Of a stretch of DNA of 64,000 bases, positions 18,463 through 28,377 are shown piece by piece; within the stretch, counting starts at the first letter, position 1, and the number at the start of each line of letters is the position of its first letter. Location of the stretch: positions 3,232,001 to 3,296,000 of the forward strand of contig OZ244252.1 of assembly GCA_965217185.1 (NCBI GenBank), written 5' to 3'. The translations under genes and the position numbers were made by a program. The stretch is from an uncultured Candidatus Entotheonella sp. (GTDB lineage Bacteria; Tectomicrobia; Entotheonellia; Entotheonellales; Entotheonellaceae). Under the pieces are notes generated by a model. It was not told where the DNA came from and made no database searches. It saw only the letters and a program-made list of their open reading frames with translations.

Positions 18463-20700
18463 TTAGGCGGTGCCGATCGGACCGCCGTCGTCGCGGGTGA
18501 TCACGATGGTGGCAGAGCGGGCGCGGCCCATCGCGCTTGGCAGCATCGTAGCGTCATCACCATCTGGCCAATGCCCTTCCGGGTGCTGGATGTTGACGAA
18601 CATCGACCGACGGTCTGGCGTCATGTCGATGCCGGTGATTTCGCAGCCGACGGGACCGACCAGAAAACGCTGCAGACTCCCGTCAACATTACCGGCGTCG
18701 ATGCCGCCGTCCTCCACCTCGCCGGGAATCGCTGCCAGCATCTGGTTGTGGTTGCCGTCGGGCTGGCCGCCGTCCGTCTGGATCCACAACAAACCGGCCG
18801 AGTCGAACCACAAGCCATCGCAGTCCGTGAATTCGTTGCCGGCGGTCAGAGCGGAGAAATTGGTGGTGCCTCCCGCATCGGAGCCGAATACGAAAATGTC
18901 CCACACAAAACCCGTCGAGGTCGGGTCGTTATCATTTTCCCGGAATCGAATGATGTGGCCGTCGGAATTCGGACCGCGCGGATTGGACGGCACCTCGCCG
19001 AATTCACGGTTCGCCAGGAATTCCGTGACTTCGTCTCGTGAGCCTTGGTCGCCGTCGGTGCGGGCGTCCGGGTCGGCATCGTCGAAGCCGCGCCGGTCCG
19101 AGTTGTTGGTCAGCGTGAAGTAGACCTCACCGTTTCTGGGGTTTACCGCACCCCACTCAGGTCGGTCCATAGGAGTCGCGCCCACCGCAAACGCCGACGC
19201 GCGGGTGTGCACCAGGATGGACGCCAAATCCCCGAACAACCCGTGAAACGGGCTTTGCATGTCTTCGCTGGCAGCCTGCAAGTCGGGGTTGTCCGGCCGC
19301 AACGGAATCCAGACACCGGTCTGGCGTCCGGTCATGGGGTCTGCGTCGAAGCGGGCCACGTACAGGGTACCTTCGTCCATGTAGGTGTCCCCGGTATCCA
19401 GTGGCGCTCCAGAGTTACCGGTGCGATGCATCTCGGCGGAAACGAATTTGTAGATGAACTGCAGTTGGTCGTCGTCGCCCATGTAAAACACGACCGGTTT
19501 GCCGTCGACCGCTTCGGCGGGCCATACGCCTTCATGGGCGAAGCGGCCCAGCGCCGTGCGCTTGCGGGGCGCGGCCTGCGGGTCCAGCGGATCGATTTCC
19601 ACGATGTAACCGAACTGGTTGCCCTCGTTGCGGTAGTCCTCCACGGCTGATTTGCCCGGCATTGGGGTGATGTTGAAGCGGTTGAATTCATCATCGCTCT
19701 CGTCCACGTGGCCAGCGAGGGTTGCCCATCCGTAGCGCCCACCGGGAACACGAACACCGATGCCGGCCAGATAGTTGGCATAGCCAATCTCATCCGGGAT
19801 TCTTTTGCCCCCATCTTCGACCGTGCGGTCGTCTCGGAAATAAAGGTCGTAATTCTCTTCGCAGGTGAGATGCGTGCCCCACGGGGTGTAGCCGTTGGCG
19901 CAGTTGTTCAACGTACCGCGGCCTGCGAGTCCGTCCTGGCTGTATTTGGTCTTCAACAAGTCACTTCCGGCCACCGGGCCGTGCAGGCCCATCTCCGTAT
20001 AGGCGGTGATGCGGCGGTTGTACTTCGAGTCTTTGACTATCGAGAACTGGCCGGTGGCCTCGTCGCGCTCGATGACGACACAGGAAACGCCGTGGGCGCG
20101 CTGCTCTTTGCGAACTTCGTCGACGTCGGTGCGGTTACCGTCGGCATCCGAGCTTGCCCCCGACTCGTGCATCAGAGCCTGTGTGATATTCTCGTGGTTG
20201 ATGCACAGGATGCCCAGGTCGCTGGCGTTGGGATCCAGTTCATATTCATCGTCGCCAATTTCTTTCAGGCCAAAGAAGCGCATGCCGTCGTGATGATCTC
20301 CGGCGCGGTAATCCCACTCCGAAGCCGGTTCGGTGCCCATGTTGGAATACTCGGCGAGGTCTGACGTGAACGGGTCCCCATAAGCGTACAGAACCTGGGC
20401 GCTGTGACCGGGCGGGAGGGTAACTTTGTCGTCCATGTTCAACGACACGACCTCGAAATTGAACTCCGGCGTCGCTGGTTGGGTGGTTCCGTCAGGCATT
20501 GTGGTGACGTCGTCGTCACCGTCGCAGCCGCCGAGGACAAGCCCGGCGAGGCCCGCCAGGCTGAGGGTCGTAGCACCAGCCAACACACTGCGGCGGGTCA
20601 CCAACTGTTCGATCCATGCGTTCATCTGTTCGCGCGTGACGGCCCTTTTGGTGGCACCGTTGGAATCTGCCGACTGTGTTGATAATGTTTTTTCAGACAT
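18463..20700 (-). CDS. phoX: PhoX-family alkaline phosphatase (Tat-exported lipoprotein)
   Basis: TRRSVL plus LGGC; DHHDGM, NHE, NCANGYTPWGT.LTCEEN, ALGRFAHE, MDRPEW, EITG, NIQHP. Confidence 0.92.
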   Translation of the reverse strand: MSEKTLSTQSADSNGATKRAVTREQMNAWIEQLVTRRSVLAGATTLSLAGLAGLVLGGCDGDDDVTTMPDGTTQPATPEFNFEVVSLNMDDKVTLPPGHSAQVLYAYGDPFTSDLAEYSNMGTEPASEWDYRAGDHHDGMRFFGLKEIGDDEYELDPNASDLGILCINHENITQALMHESGASSDADGNRTDVDEVRKEQRAHGVSCVVIERDEATGQFSIVKDSKYNRRITAYTEMGLHGPVAGSDLLKTKYSQDGLAGRGTLNNCANGYTPWGTHLTCEENYDLYFRDDRTVEDGGKRIPDEIGYANYLAGIGVRVPGGRYGWATLAGHVDESDDEFNRFNITPMPGKSAVEDYRNEGNQFGYIVEIDPLDPQAAPRKRTALGRFAHEGVWPAEAVDGKPVVFYMGDDDQLQFIYKFVSAEMHRTGNSGAPLDTGDTYMDEGTLYVARFDADPMTGRQTGVWIPLRPDNPDLQAASEDMQSPFHGLFGDLASILVHTRASAFAVGATPMDRPEWGAVNPRNGEVYFTLTNNSDRRGFDDADPDARTDGDQGSRDEVTEFLANREFGEVPSNPRGPNSDGHIIRFRENDNDPTSTGFVWDIFVFGSDAGGTTNFSALTAGNEFTDCDGLWFDSAGLLWIQTDGGQPDGNHNQMLAAIPGEVEDGGIDAGNVDGSLQRFLVGPVGCEITGIDMTPDRRSMFVNIQHPEGHWPDGDDATMLPSAMGRARSATIVITRDDGGPIGTA

Positions 20701-20835
20701 TTAGCAGTCCTCATCCAAAGCACTTAACCAATTCCAGGCCCGTTTGACCCAGACGCAGAAAACACCGCGTCGAATATGGATGTACACTGTAAGGAACACA
20801 TTAACCGACTGCGAAACTTTGGCAAACTAACCCGA

Positions 20836-20866
20836 GTAGGTCGGATTAGCGAAGCGTAATCCGACA
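20836..20866 (+). repeat. GTAG-type REP-like palindrome (family B)
   Basis: GTAGGTCGGATTAGCGAAGCGTAATCCGACA: GTAG tetranucleotide followed by a hairpin. Confidence 0.88.
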
Positions 20867-20893
20867 TCGCGCAATACGCAGGAATCCACTCGC

Positions 20894-21601
20894 ATGCCCC
20901 ATCCGCAAACCGCCAACGGTTCCCTGATCGCCCCGCGCGTCTCCGTCATCGTCCCGACTCTCAACGAACAGGCCTGCCTCGCCGCCACACTTGACGCTCT
21001 CGTCTTGGATGTCGATGACGAACTCATCGTCGTCGACGCCGGCAGCACCGACGGCACGCCCGACATCGCCCGGCGTTACACGTCGAAATTCTACCAGGGT
21101 CCCCGAGGCCGGGCGCAGCAGATGAACCGCGGCGCCCGACATGCTCACGGCGATATCCTGCTCTTCCTGCACGCCGACACATTGCTGCCGGCCGACGGCT
21201 TGGACGCGGTGCGGCGCGCCCTGCAACAGCCGGGCACGGTCGTCGGCGCCTTTTGCCTGACCATCACACCGGCGACACCTGCTCTGCGCCTGGTGGCCTG
21301 GGGCACCAATCTGAGAAGCCGCTTCGGCGGCCTGCCATACGGCGACCAAGCCCTTTTCGTTCCCCGCCGGGTTTTCGAGGAACTGGGCGGCTACGACGAC
21401 GTGCCGTTCATGGAGGACATCCGCTTGGTGCAGGCGCTACGCCGCCGCGGCCGCCTGACCATCCTACCGCAGGCCGTTGCCACCTCCGGGCGCCGCTGGC
21501 AGCGTGACGGCGTACTCTTTACCACGGCGCGCAACATCGCGCTCATGACCTTGTACTTCTGCGGCGTCCAGCCCGCAACGCTGAAACGGTGGTATGGGTA
21601 A
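20894..21601 (+). CDS. GT2 glycosyltransferase (TIGR04283-like)
   Basis: SVIVPTLNE, VDAGSTDGT, GRAQQMNRGA, FLHADT, YGDQALF, TSGRRW. Confidence 0.88.
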   Translation: MPHPQTANGSLIAPRVSVIVPTLNEQACLAATLDALVLDVDDELIVVDAGSTDGTPDIARRYTSKFYQGPRGRAQQMNRGARHAHGDILLFLHADTLLPADGLDAVRRALQQPGTVVGAFCLTITPATPALRLVAWGTNLRSRFGGLPYGDQALFVPRRVFEELGGYDDVPFMEDIRLVQALRRRGRLTILPQAVATSGRRWQRDGVLFTTARNIALMTLYFCGVQPATLKRWYG

Positions 21602-21701
21602 GGCGCACTTTCTGGGGCTCGCCTGTCAGTTTCAGTTTCTGTTATAGTGTTGTAAATCACGGCATTAGTAGTGTGAAATCCATTAGTGAGGAGAATCGAT
21701 T

Positions 21702-22679
21702 GTGAAACGGATCCTGTTGAGTTGTCTGTTGTGCGTTGTCCTGGCATTGCCCGGGATGGTCATGAGCGAGGAGCATGAGAATAAGGCCAGCGGCTCCCTC
21801 TATGGCCGGCTCTGGCCCAAGGTAACCTATAAGTCCCCCAGTGACGGGGAACCGAATACGGACATCACGGACGCGCTATCGCGGATCGGTGTCGCCGCGG
21901 ATTACAAATTGAGCGAGACGCTAACCGCCGTTCTCCAGGCGGAAATGCGTGTCAATCTTGGCGCGGATGGCAGCCAGGATTTTCTCACGGAGCACCTGGG
22001 TTACGTCGGCTTAAAAAGCAGCGACTTGGGTCTCTTCGCCATCGGCACGCAGTGGAACCCGTACTACAACATCGTTGCGGAAGTGACCGATGTGTACTAC
22101 CACCGCGCCAGCCCGTTTGGCTATGACAACGAGGGACCGTTCCGCACGGAACAAATCGTGAGGTACGCCTACAGTTTTAGTGGTTTGAAGCTGGACCTGG
22201 GGGTTCAGCTAAAGGGCCAGGATTCAGGCGCCGACGACTTTGACCAAGTTTATGCCGGCGTGGGCTACAGCTATGGGCCGGTCTATGTTGGCCTTGGCTA
22301 CATGGGAGATGAAGCAGGCCAGCGCGACCTTGCTGGCATTGGCGCAAGCCTGAATGTGACGGACGACCTGTACCTTGCGGTTACCTATCAGGCCATTCAG
22401 TACGACACAGGTCCAGATGGCGATACGCTGGACTTGGCGGCCACCTATTCTTTCGGCTCAGGTTATACCCTCATCGCAGGCGTATTCACCTACGATAATG
22501 GCGAGGACACCTCCAAGCATTTTGGTAACAACCTCACGTTGGTCAAATCGTTGACCAGCGACGTGAGGGTGTTTGCCGAATGGTTGCGCAAGGATTTCCA
22601 GGAAGGCGACCGCAAAGATGAAACTGAGGATACCCTCAGTCTCGGCCTCCGGATCTCCTTCGACGCCAAAATCCTGTAG
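21702..22679 (+). CDS. Gram-negative-type porin
   Basis: Signal peptide; LYGRL, SRIG, GYVGL, alternating beta-strand pattern, C-terminal SLGLRISF. Confidence 0.82.
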   Translation: MKRILLSCLLCVVLALPGMVMSEEHENKASGSLYGRLWPKVTYKSPSDGEPNTDITDALSRIGVAADYKLSETLTAVLQAEMRVNLGADGSQDFLTEHLGYVGLKSSDLGLFAIGTQWNPYYNIVAEVTDVYYHRASPFGYDNEGPFRTEQIVRYAYSFSGLKLDLGVQLKGQDSGADDFDQVYAGVGYSYGPVYVGLGYMGDEAGQRDLAGIGASLNVTDDLYLAVTYQAIQYDTGPDGDTLDLAATYSFGSGYTLIAGVFTYDNGEDTSKHFGNNLTLVKSLTSDVRVFAEWLRKDFQEGDRKDETEDTLSLGLRISFDAKIL

Positions 22680-22699
22680 CGCGCGTTCCCGCGTACGAA

Positions 22700-22743
22700 C
22701 GGGCGGGGGTCGGCGTTTCCTGCCAGCCCGAATTCCCTGCCCG
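22700..22743 (+). terminator. GC-rich hairpin downstream of the porin gene
   Basis: CGGGCGGGGGTCGG..CCGAATTCCCTGCCCG; no clear U tract. Confidence 0.35.
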
Positions 22744-22781
22744 TGTCTAACCTCTACACCAGCCCCTTCTAAAGAGCCCCA

Positions 22782-23645
22782 ATGGCCACGACCACCGCTG
22801 CCATCGCTGACGCCGTGCCGCAATTGCAACAGGTCCCCTACTACGTGCCGCTGGCTGACGAGGTCGAGGTGTTCCTTGCCGCCTACGAAGCCCGCCTGCC
22901 CGTGCTGCTCACCGGCCCCACCGGCTGCGGCAAAACGCGTTTCGTGGAGTATATGGCGCACGTCCTCTATCGCCAGGACACACACGCCTCCCCGTCCCGT
23001 TTCGGCCTCGGTGAGCCGCTCGTCACCGTCGCCTGCCACGAGGACCTCAGCGCCAGCGACCTGGTGGGGCGTTACCTGCTCAGCGGCGAGGAAACCGTGT
23101 GGATCGACGGCCCCCTGACCCGTGCCGTGTGCAGCGGTGCGATCTGCTACCTCGACGAGATCGTCGAAGCGCGCAAGGACACCATGGTCCTCATCCACGC
23201 CCTCACCGATCACCGCCGCATGTTGCCGGTCGAAAAACGCAGCCTCGTCCTCAACGCGCACGGCGACTTTCTGCTCGTGATGTCCTATAACCCCGGCTAC
23301 CAGAGCGTCCTCAAAGACCTGAAGCCCAGCACCCGGCAGCGCTTCGTGTCGTTGGCCTTCGACTACCCGCCGCACGACTGCGAAGCCGACATCATCGCCC
23401 ACGAAAGCGGCGTCGATACCGAAACGGCGGGCGATCTCGCCACCCTCGGCGCCAAGGTGCGGCACCTGCGCCAGCACGGCTTCGAGGAGGGCGTCAGCAC
23501 GCGCCTGCTGGTGTACGCCGGGCAACTCATCATGCGCGGCATCCCGGCGCGGCGCGCCTGCGAGGTGGCCGTCTGCCGGGCCGTCACGGACGACGCCGAG
23601 GTGCATCGCACCATCGCCGAGCTGGCGTCGACCCTCTTTCCCTGA
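22782..23645 (+). CDS. CbbQ/NirQ/NorQ family MoxR-type AAA+ ATPase
   Basis: [70 protein letters not shown]. Confidence 0.93.
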   Translation: MATTTAAIADAVPQLQQVPYYVPLADEVEVFLAAYEARLPVLLTGPTGCGKTRFVEYMAHVLYRQDTHASPSRFGLGEPLVTVACHEDLSASDLVGRYLLSGEETVWIDGPLTRAVCSGAICYLDEIVEARKDTMVLIHALTDHRRMLPVEKRSLVLNAHGDFLLVMSYNPGYQSVLKDLKPSTRQRFVSLAFDYPPHDCEADIIAHESGVDTETAGDLATLGAKVRHLRQHGFEEGVSTRLLVYAGQLIMRGIPARRACEVAVCRAVTDDAEVHRTIAELASTLFP

Positions 23646-23654
23646 TCGAACCCC

Positions 23655-26600
23655 TTGAACGCCATGCCCTTACGCCGGCCCGATTGCCCTCAATCCCTGC
23701 CCACCATGCTCGAACCCTTGGCGGCGGTGTCCGCGCCCGTAGCCGAGCGCGCCTTGCATGCCAAGCCGGCCATGTGCGCCGGGCTGTCTGAGGCCGAATT
23801 GACTCGCTGGCTGGCCTGGTGTGAGCGGTTGGCGACGTGCGGCTGGCGTAGCGCCGAAAGCGCCGAGGCATTCATCCGGGTGAGCCCGTTTCTTCTGCAG
23901 CGTCTATCGGCGGCACAACTCTGGCAGTGGGCCGAGCACGGGGAAACCCTGGCGCGCATCTCCGCGGCAGCCGCCTCGTCCTTCTTTCGAGCCGCCAAGC
24001 CCTTTGTCCAACAAGCACCGAACGCCGCCCTGCCCCAATGGGTGGCGGATGGGCAGTGGTATCTGCAACAACATCCGACGTTCGCGGCCCTGGCGGAGAC
24101 GTATTTCGAGGTCAGTCCGGCCGTGTACGGCCAATATCCGTTCGCCGACGCTCAAGTCTGGGGACAACTGGGGCACGATTTCGCCCGCCTCGGCTGGCAG
24201 CCCGCACGCGACTTCCTGGCGCTCAGCCGGCACCTTGCGGAGCAGGCGCCCGAGGTCGCCCTCGCCCCGGCCTGGCAACAGGCGCGCCGCATGCTGCCGC
24301 AGGCCGGCAAGCTGGCCCTGGAATACCTGGCACACTACCCCGACTACGTGCAGCGCTTCGGCGATGCCGGCGCCGCGGTTCTGCGCGACATCGTGGACGA
24401 ACTGCTGGCGCCGCAGATCACGGACGCTGAGGCTTTCCTTCATCAAGTGGGCAATACCCTGATTTTATTGCCGGCCGCAGAGTGCCTACAAGCGCTGACC
24501 TGGTGCCGGGAAATCAGCACCGTCAGCCACGCCGGCGGGCTGGCGTTCCTCAACCATCTGAGCGCCCTGCGGGAACGTCTGCCGGACAACCGTCTGCACG
24601 ACTGGACCAATGCCGGCATTGACGTAGCCAAACGCCACGCGCCGGCCGGTGCGGCCTACTTCACGCTGGAATCGGCAACCGCATTCGACAACCTGCAAGC
24701 ACTACAAAAGCGGGTTGAGTTCGCCGCCGTCGAGCCGGTACTACGGCTGTACACCCACGCCATCCTGGGCCGTCGCATGGACTTGCAAACCACGGACACA
24801 CCGCCGCAGGACGTGTTGCGCGCCGGCTCCGACTTGCCAACCTCAGATGGCACGTCCATTTACTTGCCGCCGCGGGTGGACGACTTCGACACCGTGGCCC
24901 ATAACTTCGGTGTCTACAAGGTCGCCATCCTGCACCAAGCCGGGTTTTACGAAAGCGGCACCTTTGCGTTCGATCTGGCCGAGTGTCGCCGTCGCTTGCC
25001 CCCCTTACCCGCAGCACCCGACGGCACCGGGTTGTCATCCTTCCAGGACTTTTTCGACAGCTTTGCCGAACCCGGCCTCGCCCGTAGCCTGTTCGCCATT
25101 TTTGAAGACACCCGCGTCGATGCCTGGATCGCCCGTCATTACAAGGGCATCCGCGCTGACCTCAGCCGCCTCATGCAGCACAGCCTCAATCAGCGGCCGC
25201 CGTTAAACGGCATGCCCCTGCGCCAAGCGCTGCTGGAGGGCCTGCTGCAACTCAGCCTCGGCGCCGAACCGGCGAGCTTCGACCCGCCGCCGGCGCGCCT
25301 GCTGTTGCAACGCCTGGCGCCGCTGATGCAATCGCTGTTCACTGCCGCGGCCACGGTGTACGACACCACCGCCGCCGTCTTGCAAGCCTATCGGCTGCTG
25401 ACGCAGATCCCGGACGACGCCGGCCTCACCTTTAAGCTCAGCGCCGCGGACCTGCTCTCGGCGCTCGACCTCAGCCTCACGGACGACGCCGACATGCTCG
25501 CCCTCGCCGACCTGTTCCGCGCCGCTGGCGATGCCGCCGACCGACTGCCCGTATTGCCAGGCGGCGACGCGCCTGCTATCGGCGTGGATGCCGTGCCCTA
25601 TCGCGGCGCCGTCAAGCCCGACGTCATCGAGAAAAAGATGCGCCTGAGCGAGCTGGAAGACGCGCTGCGCCGTCACGACGGCCTCAGCCCGCTGTCGCCG
25701 GAAGCCCTCAAGGCGCTGCTGGAAAACGACGGCCTCGATATCAAGAGCCTGCAACGGGGAGAGGTCAACGCCACCACTGGGCTGTTTGTCTCCAATCTGC
25801 AGGGCCGACCGGCTGAAAACGACACCGCAGCCCAGCGCGAATCCCTACGGGAACGGGCCGACCTGCTGCGCGCCGAGTTGGGTGACACGGAAGCCGAGCC
25901 CGTGCGCCTGCCTCAGACCTTTCACTACGACGAGTGGGACTACCTGATCGGCGATTACCGCCGCGCCTGGTGTTGCCTGCGGGAAATGCCCTTGGGCGAC
26001 GCCGGCCCGGATTTCGTTATCAACACCCGACGCGCCTACGCCGAGTTGCTGGCGCAGGTGAAGCGGCAATTCCAGTTGCTCAAGCCCGAGCAGTTCAAGA
26101 CTGTCAAGCCGCTCACCGACGGCGAGGCTATAGACCTCGACAGCGCCGTCGAGGCGTTCGTCGACCGCCGCGCCGGCCACACCCTGGCCGACAAGGTCTA
26201 CGCCCGCCGCGACAAGCAGGACCGCAGCGTCGCGGCGGTGTTTTTGCTCGACATGAGCGCCTCCACCGATGACAAGATCAAGAACCCCGATGGCCGCCCA
26301 GCCGATGACGGCGAGCCGCCGCGGCGCATCATCGACGTCGAAAAGGAGGCCCTGGTGCTCATGGCCGAGGCCCTCGAAGCCCTCGGCGATGCCTACGCCG
26401 TGTACGGCTTCTCCGGCTACGGCCGCGACCAGGTCGACGCATTCGTGGTCAAGTCGTTCGACGAGCCTTACGACCGCCGCATCCAGGGCCGCATCGCCGC
26501 CATCGAGCCGCACCGCAGCACCCGCATGGGGCCGGTGATTCGCCATGCCGCCGCCCAGCTGGGGCGCCAGGAAGCGCGCCTCAAGGCGTTGATCCTGCTG

Positions 26601-26849
26601 AGCGACGGCTACCCGCAGGATTTCGATTACGGCCAGGACCGCAAGAGCAAGGAATACGGCCTGCAGGACACCACCAAGGCGTTGCAGGAAGCGCGGCTCA
26701 AGGCAATTCACACCTTCTGCATTACCGTCGACCCCAGCGGCCACGATTACCTGCGCCAGATGTGTCCCGACCGGCAATACCTGGTGATCGACGACATGGC
26801 GGCGCTGCCACAGGAATTGCCCAAGGTATATCGCGGACTGACCGTTTGA
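23655..26849 (+). CDS. NorD/CbbO-like vWA-domain adaptor with a long helical N-terminal extension
   Basis: YDEWDY, MIDAS motif DMSAST, STRMG..IRHA, LLSDGYPQD, ITVD; directly downstream of the Q-type ATPase. Confidence 0.88.
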   Translation: MNAMPLRRPDCPQSLPTMLEPLAAVSAPVAERALHAKPAMCAGLSEAELTRWLAWCERLATCGWRSAESAEAFIRVSPFLLQRLSAAQLWQWAEHGETLARISAAAASSFFRAAKPFVQQAPNAALPQWVADGQWYLQQHPTFAALAETYFEVSPAVYGQYPFADAQVWGQLGHDFARLGWQPARDFLALSRHLAEQAPEVALAPAWQQARRMLPQAGKLALEYLAHYPDYVQRFGDAGAAVLRDIVDELLAPQITDAEAFLHQVGNTLILLPAAECLQALTWCREISTVSHAGGLAFLNHLSALRERLPDNRLHDWTNAGIDVAKRHAPAGAAYFTLESATAFDNLQALQKRVEFAAVEPVLRLYTHAILGRRMDLQTTDTPPQDVLRAGSDLPTSDGTSIYLPPRVDDFDTVAHNFGVYKVAILHQAGFYESGTFAFDLAECRRRLPPLPAAPDGTGLSSFQDFFDSFAEPGLARSLFAIFEDTRVDAWIARHYKGIRADLSRLMQHSLNQRPPLNGMPLRQALLEGLLQLSLGAEPASFDPPPARLLLQRLAPLMQSLFTAAATVYDTTAAVLQAYRLLTQIPDDAGLTFKLSAADLLSALDLSLTDDADMLALADLFRAAGDAADRLPVLPGGDAPAIGVDAVPYRGAVKPDVIEKKMRLSELEDALRRHDGLSPLSPEALKALLENDGLDIKSLQRGEVNATTGLFVSNLQGRPAENDTAAQRESLRERADLLRAELGDTEAEPVRLPQTFHYDEWDYLIGDYRRAWCCLREMPLGDAGPDFVINTRRAYAELLAQVKRQFQLLKPEQFKTVKPLTDGEAIDLDSAVEAFVDRRAGHTLADKVYARRDKQDRSVAAVFLLDMSASTDDKIKNPDGRPADDGEPPRRIIDVEKEALVLMAEALEALGDAYAVYGFSGYGRDQVDAFVVKSFDEPYDRRIQGRIAAIEPHRSTRMGPVIRHAAAQLGRQEARLKALILLSDGYPQDFDYGQDRKSKEYGLQDTTKALQEARLKAIHTFCITVDPSGHDYLRQMCPDRQYLVIDDMAALPQELPKVYRGLTV

Positions 26850-26884
26850 GGGCCGTCACGGCACGCTGACAGAGAGGGGGAAAT

Positions 26885-27544
26885 ATGGTTACGGTTATCG
26901 GCATTACGGGCGGCATCGGCGCCGGCAAGAGCTCGGCCTCGGCTATCCTGGCTGAGCTGGGCGCCGAGGTCATCGATGCAGACAAGGCGGCGCATCAGAT
27001 CTATTTGCCCGACACACCCGCTTGGCGCGAGATCGTGGAAGCGTTCGGCGAGGAAGTGCTGGCCGCCGACCGTACCGTCGACCGCCGCAAGCTCGGCCCG
27101 AAGGTGTTCGCCGACCCCGCCGCCCTGCAATCCCTGAACCGGATCATGCACGGCAAGATTTTCGCCTACATCCAGGGGCAGATCGCCTACATCCGCCGGA
27201 CGGAGGCGGCGCGTCCACAGCAAGCGGCAGCGAGCGTAGACAATGAGCCAGCACGAGCGCAGCGAGTGGTGGCGGTCGAGGCCGCCGTGCTGCTCGAAGC
27301 CGGCTGGCAAGCCCTGGTGGACCAGCTCTGGGTGGTGGTCGCGCCAGTCGAGGTGGCCATTGCCCGCCTACGCGACGACAGGGGTGTGCCCGAGGACCAG
27401 GCACGCGCCCGCATCGCCGCCCAGATATCCAACGACGAGCGCATCGCCCACGCCGACACCGTCATCCACAACGCCGCCGATCTCGACGCCCTGCGAGCCG
27501 CTATTGCCACGGCGTGGCAGCGCCTGGGCACCTCGCAAGCATAA
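26885..27544 (+). CDS. coaE: Dephospho-CoA kinase
   Basis: IGITGGIGAGKS, VIDAD, VDRRKLG..VF, RIAAQ. Confidence 0.93.
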   Translation: MVTVIGITGGIGAGKSSASAILAELGAEVIDADKAAHQIYLPDTPAWREIVEAFGEEVLAADRTVDRRKLGPKVFADPAALQSLNRIMHGKIFAYIQGQIAYIRRTEAARPQQAAASVDNEPARAQRVVAVEAAVLLEAGWQALVDQLWVVVAPVEVAIARLRDDRGVPEDQARARIAAQISNDERIAHADTVIHNAADLDALRAAIATAWQRLGTSQA

Positions 27545-27573
27545 AATGACAAAAACAACAGGAAGGGAACATC

Positions 27574-28296
27574 ATGCGACCTGACGGGCGCGGCCGCGAC
27601 GAATTGCGGCCCCTGAGCATTACCCCCGGCGTGGCCAAGTACGCCGAAGGCTCGGCGCTGATCACCATGGGCGACACGCAGGTGCGCTGCACCGCGTCGG
27701 TGGAGGAATCGGTGCCGCGGTTCCGGCGCGACAGCGGCCGGGGCTGGGTGAGCGCTGAGTACGCCATGCTGCCCCGCGCTACCCACACGCGCACGCCGCG
27801 CGAGGCGTCGAGCGGGCGGCAGGGCGGCCGAACGCTGGAAATTCAGCGCCTGATCGGGCGCTCGCTGCGCGCCGTGGTTGATTTCGAGCAACTCGGCGAG
27901 CGCACCGTGTGGCTGGACTGCGACGTTATCCAGGCCGACGGCGGCACGCGCACCGCCTCGATCAGCGGCGCCTACGTGGCCCTGTACGCCGCCCTGCAGC
28001 ACCTCAAGGATGAAGGTGTGCTGACGACCATCCCGCTGCGCGACGCGGTGGCTGCGGTCAGCCTGGGCATCGTCGCCGGCGAGGCGTGCCTGGACCTGAA
28101 TTACCAGGAAGATTCAACGTCGGACGTGGATATGAACGTAGTGATGACGGGGCAGGGTTCCCTGGTGGAGATCCAGGGCACGGCAGAAGGGGCGCCGTTC
28201 AGTCAGGAAGCGTTGCTGGAGCTGTTGGGATTGGCGCGGCAGGGGATCGACCAGATTGTCGCCGCCCAGCGCGCTGCCCTTAGTAGGTCGGATTAG
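27574..28296 (+). CDS. rph: Ribonuclease PH
   Basis: [51 protein letters not shown]. Confidence 0.96.
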   Translation: MRPDGRGRDELRPLSITPGVAKYAEGSALITMGDTQVRCTASVEESVPRFRRDSGRGWVSAEYAMLPRATHTRTPREASSGRQGGRTLEIQRLIGRSLRAVVDFEQLGERTVWLDCDVIQADGGTRTASISGAYVALYAALQHLKDEGVLTTIPLRDAVAAVSLGIVAGEACLDLNYQEDSTSDVDMNVVMTGQGSLVEIQGTAEGAPFSQEALLELLGLARQGIDQIVAAQRAALSRSD

Positions 28297-28314
28297 CGCC
28301 AGCGTAATCCGACA
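28283..28314 (+). repeat. GTAG-type REP-like palindrome (family B) overlapping the rph 3' end
   Basis: GTAGGTCGGATTAGCGCCAGCGTAATCCGACA contains the rph TAG stop (28294-28296). Confidence 0.88.
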
Positions 28315-28377
28315 AGTCCTACCGCAGAAGCGGGGGCATAAACTGCCCCCGTGCAAAGCAAGACCGCGCAGACCCTC

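Noticed and set aside
20740..20830. Pho box upstream of phoX
   Set aside because: Only weak 11-bp periodic similarity; I could not match a convincing consensus.
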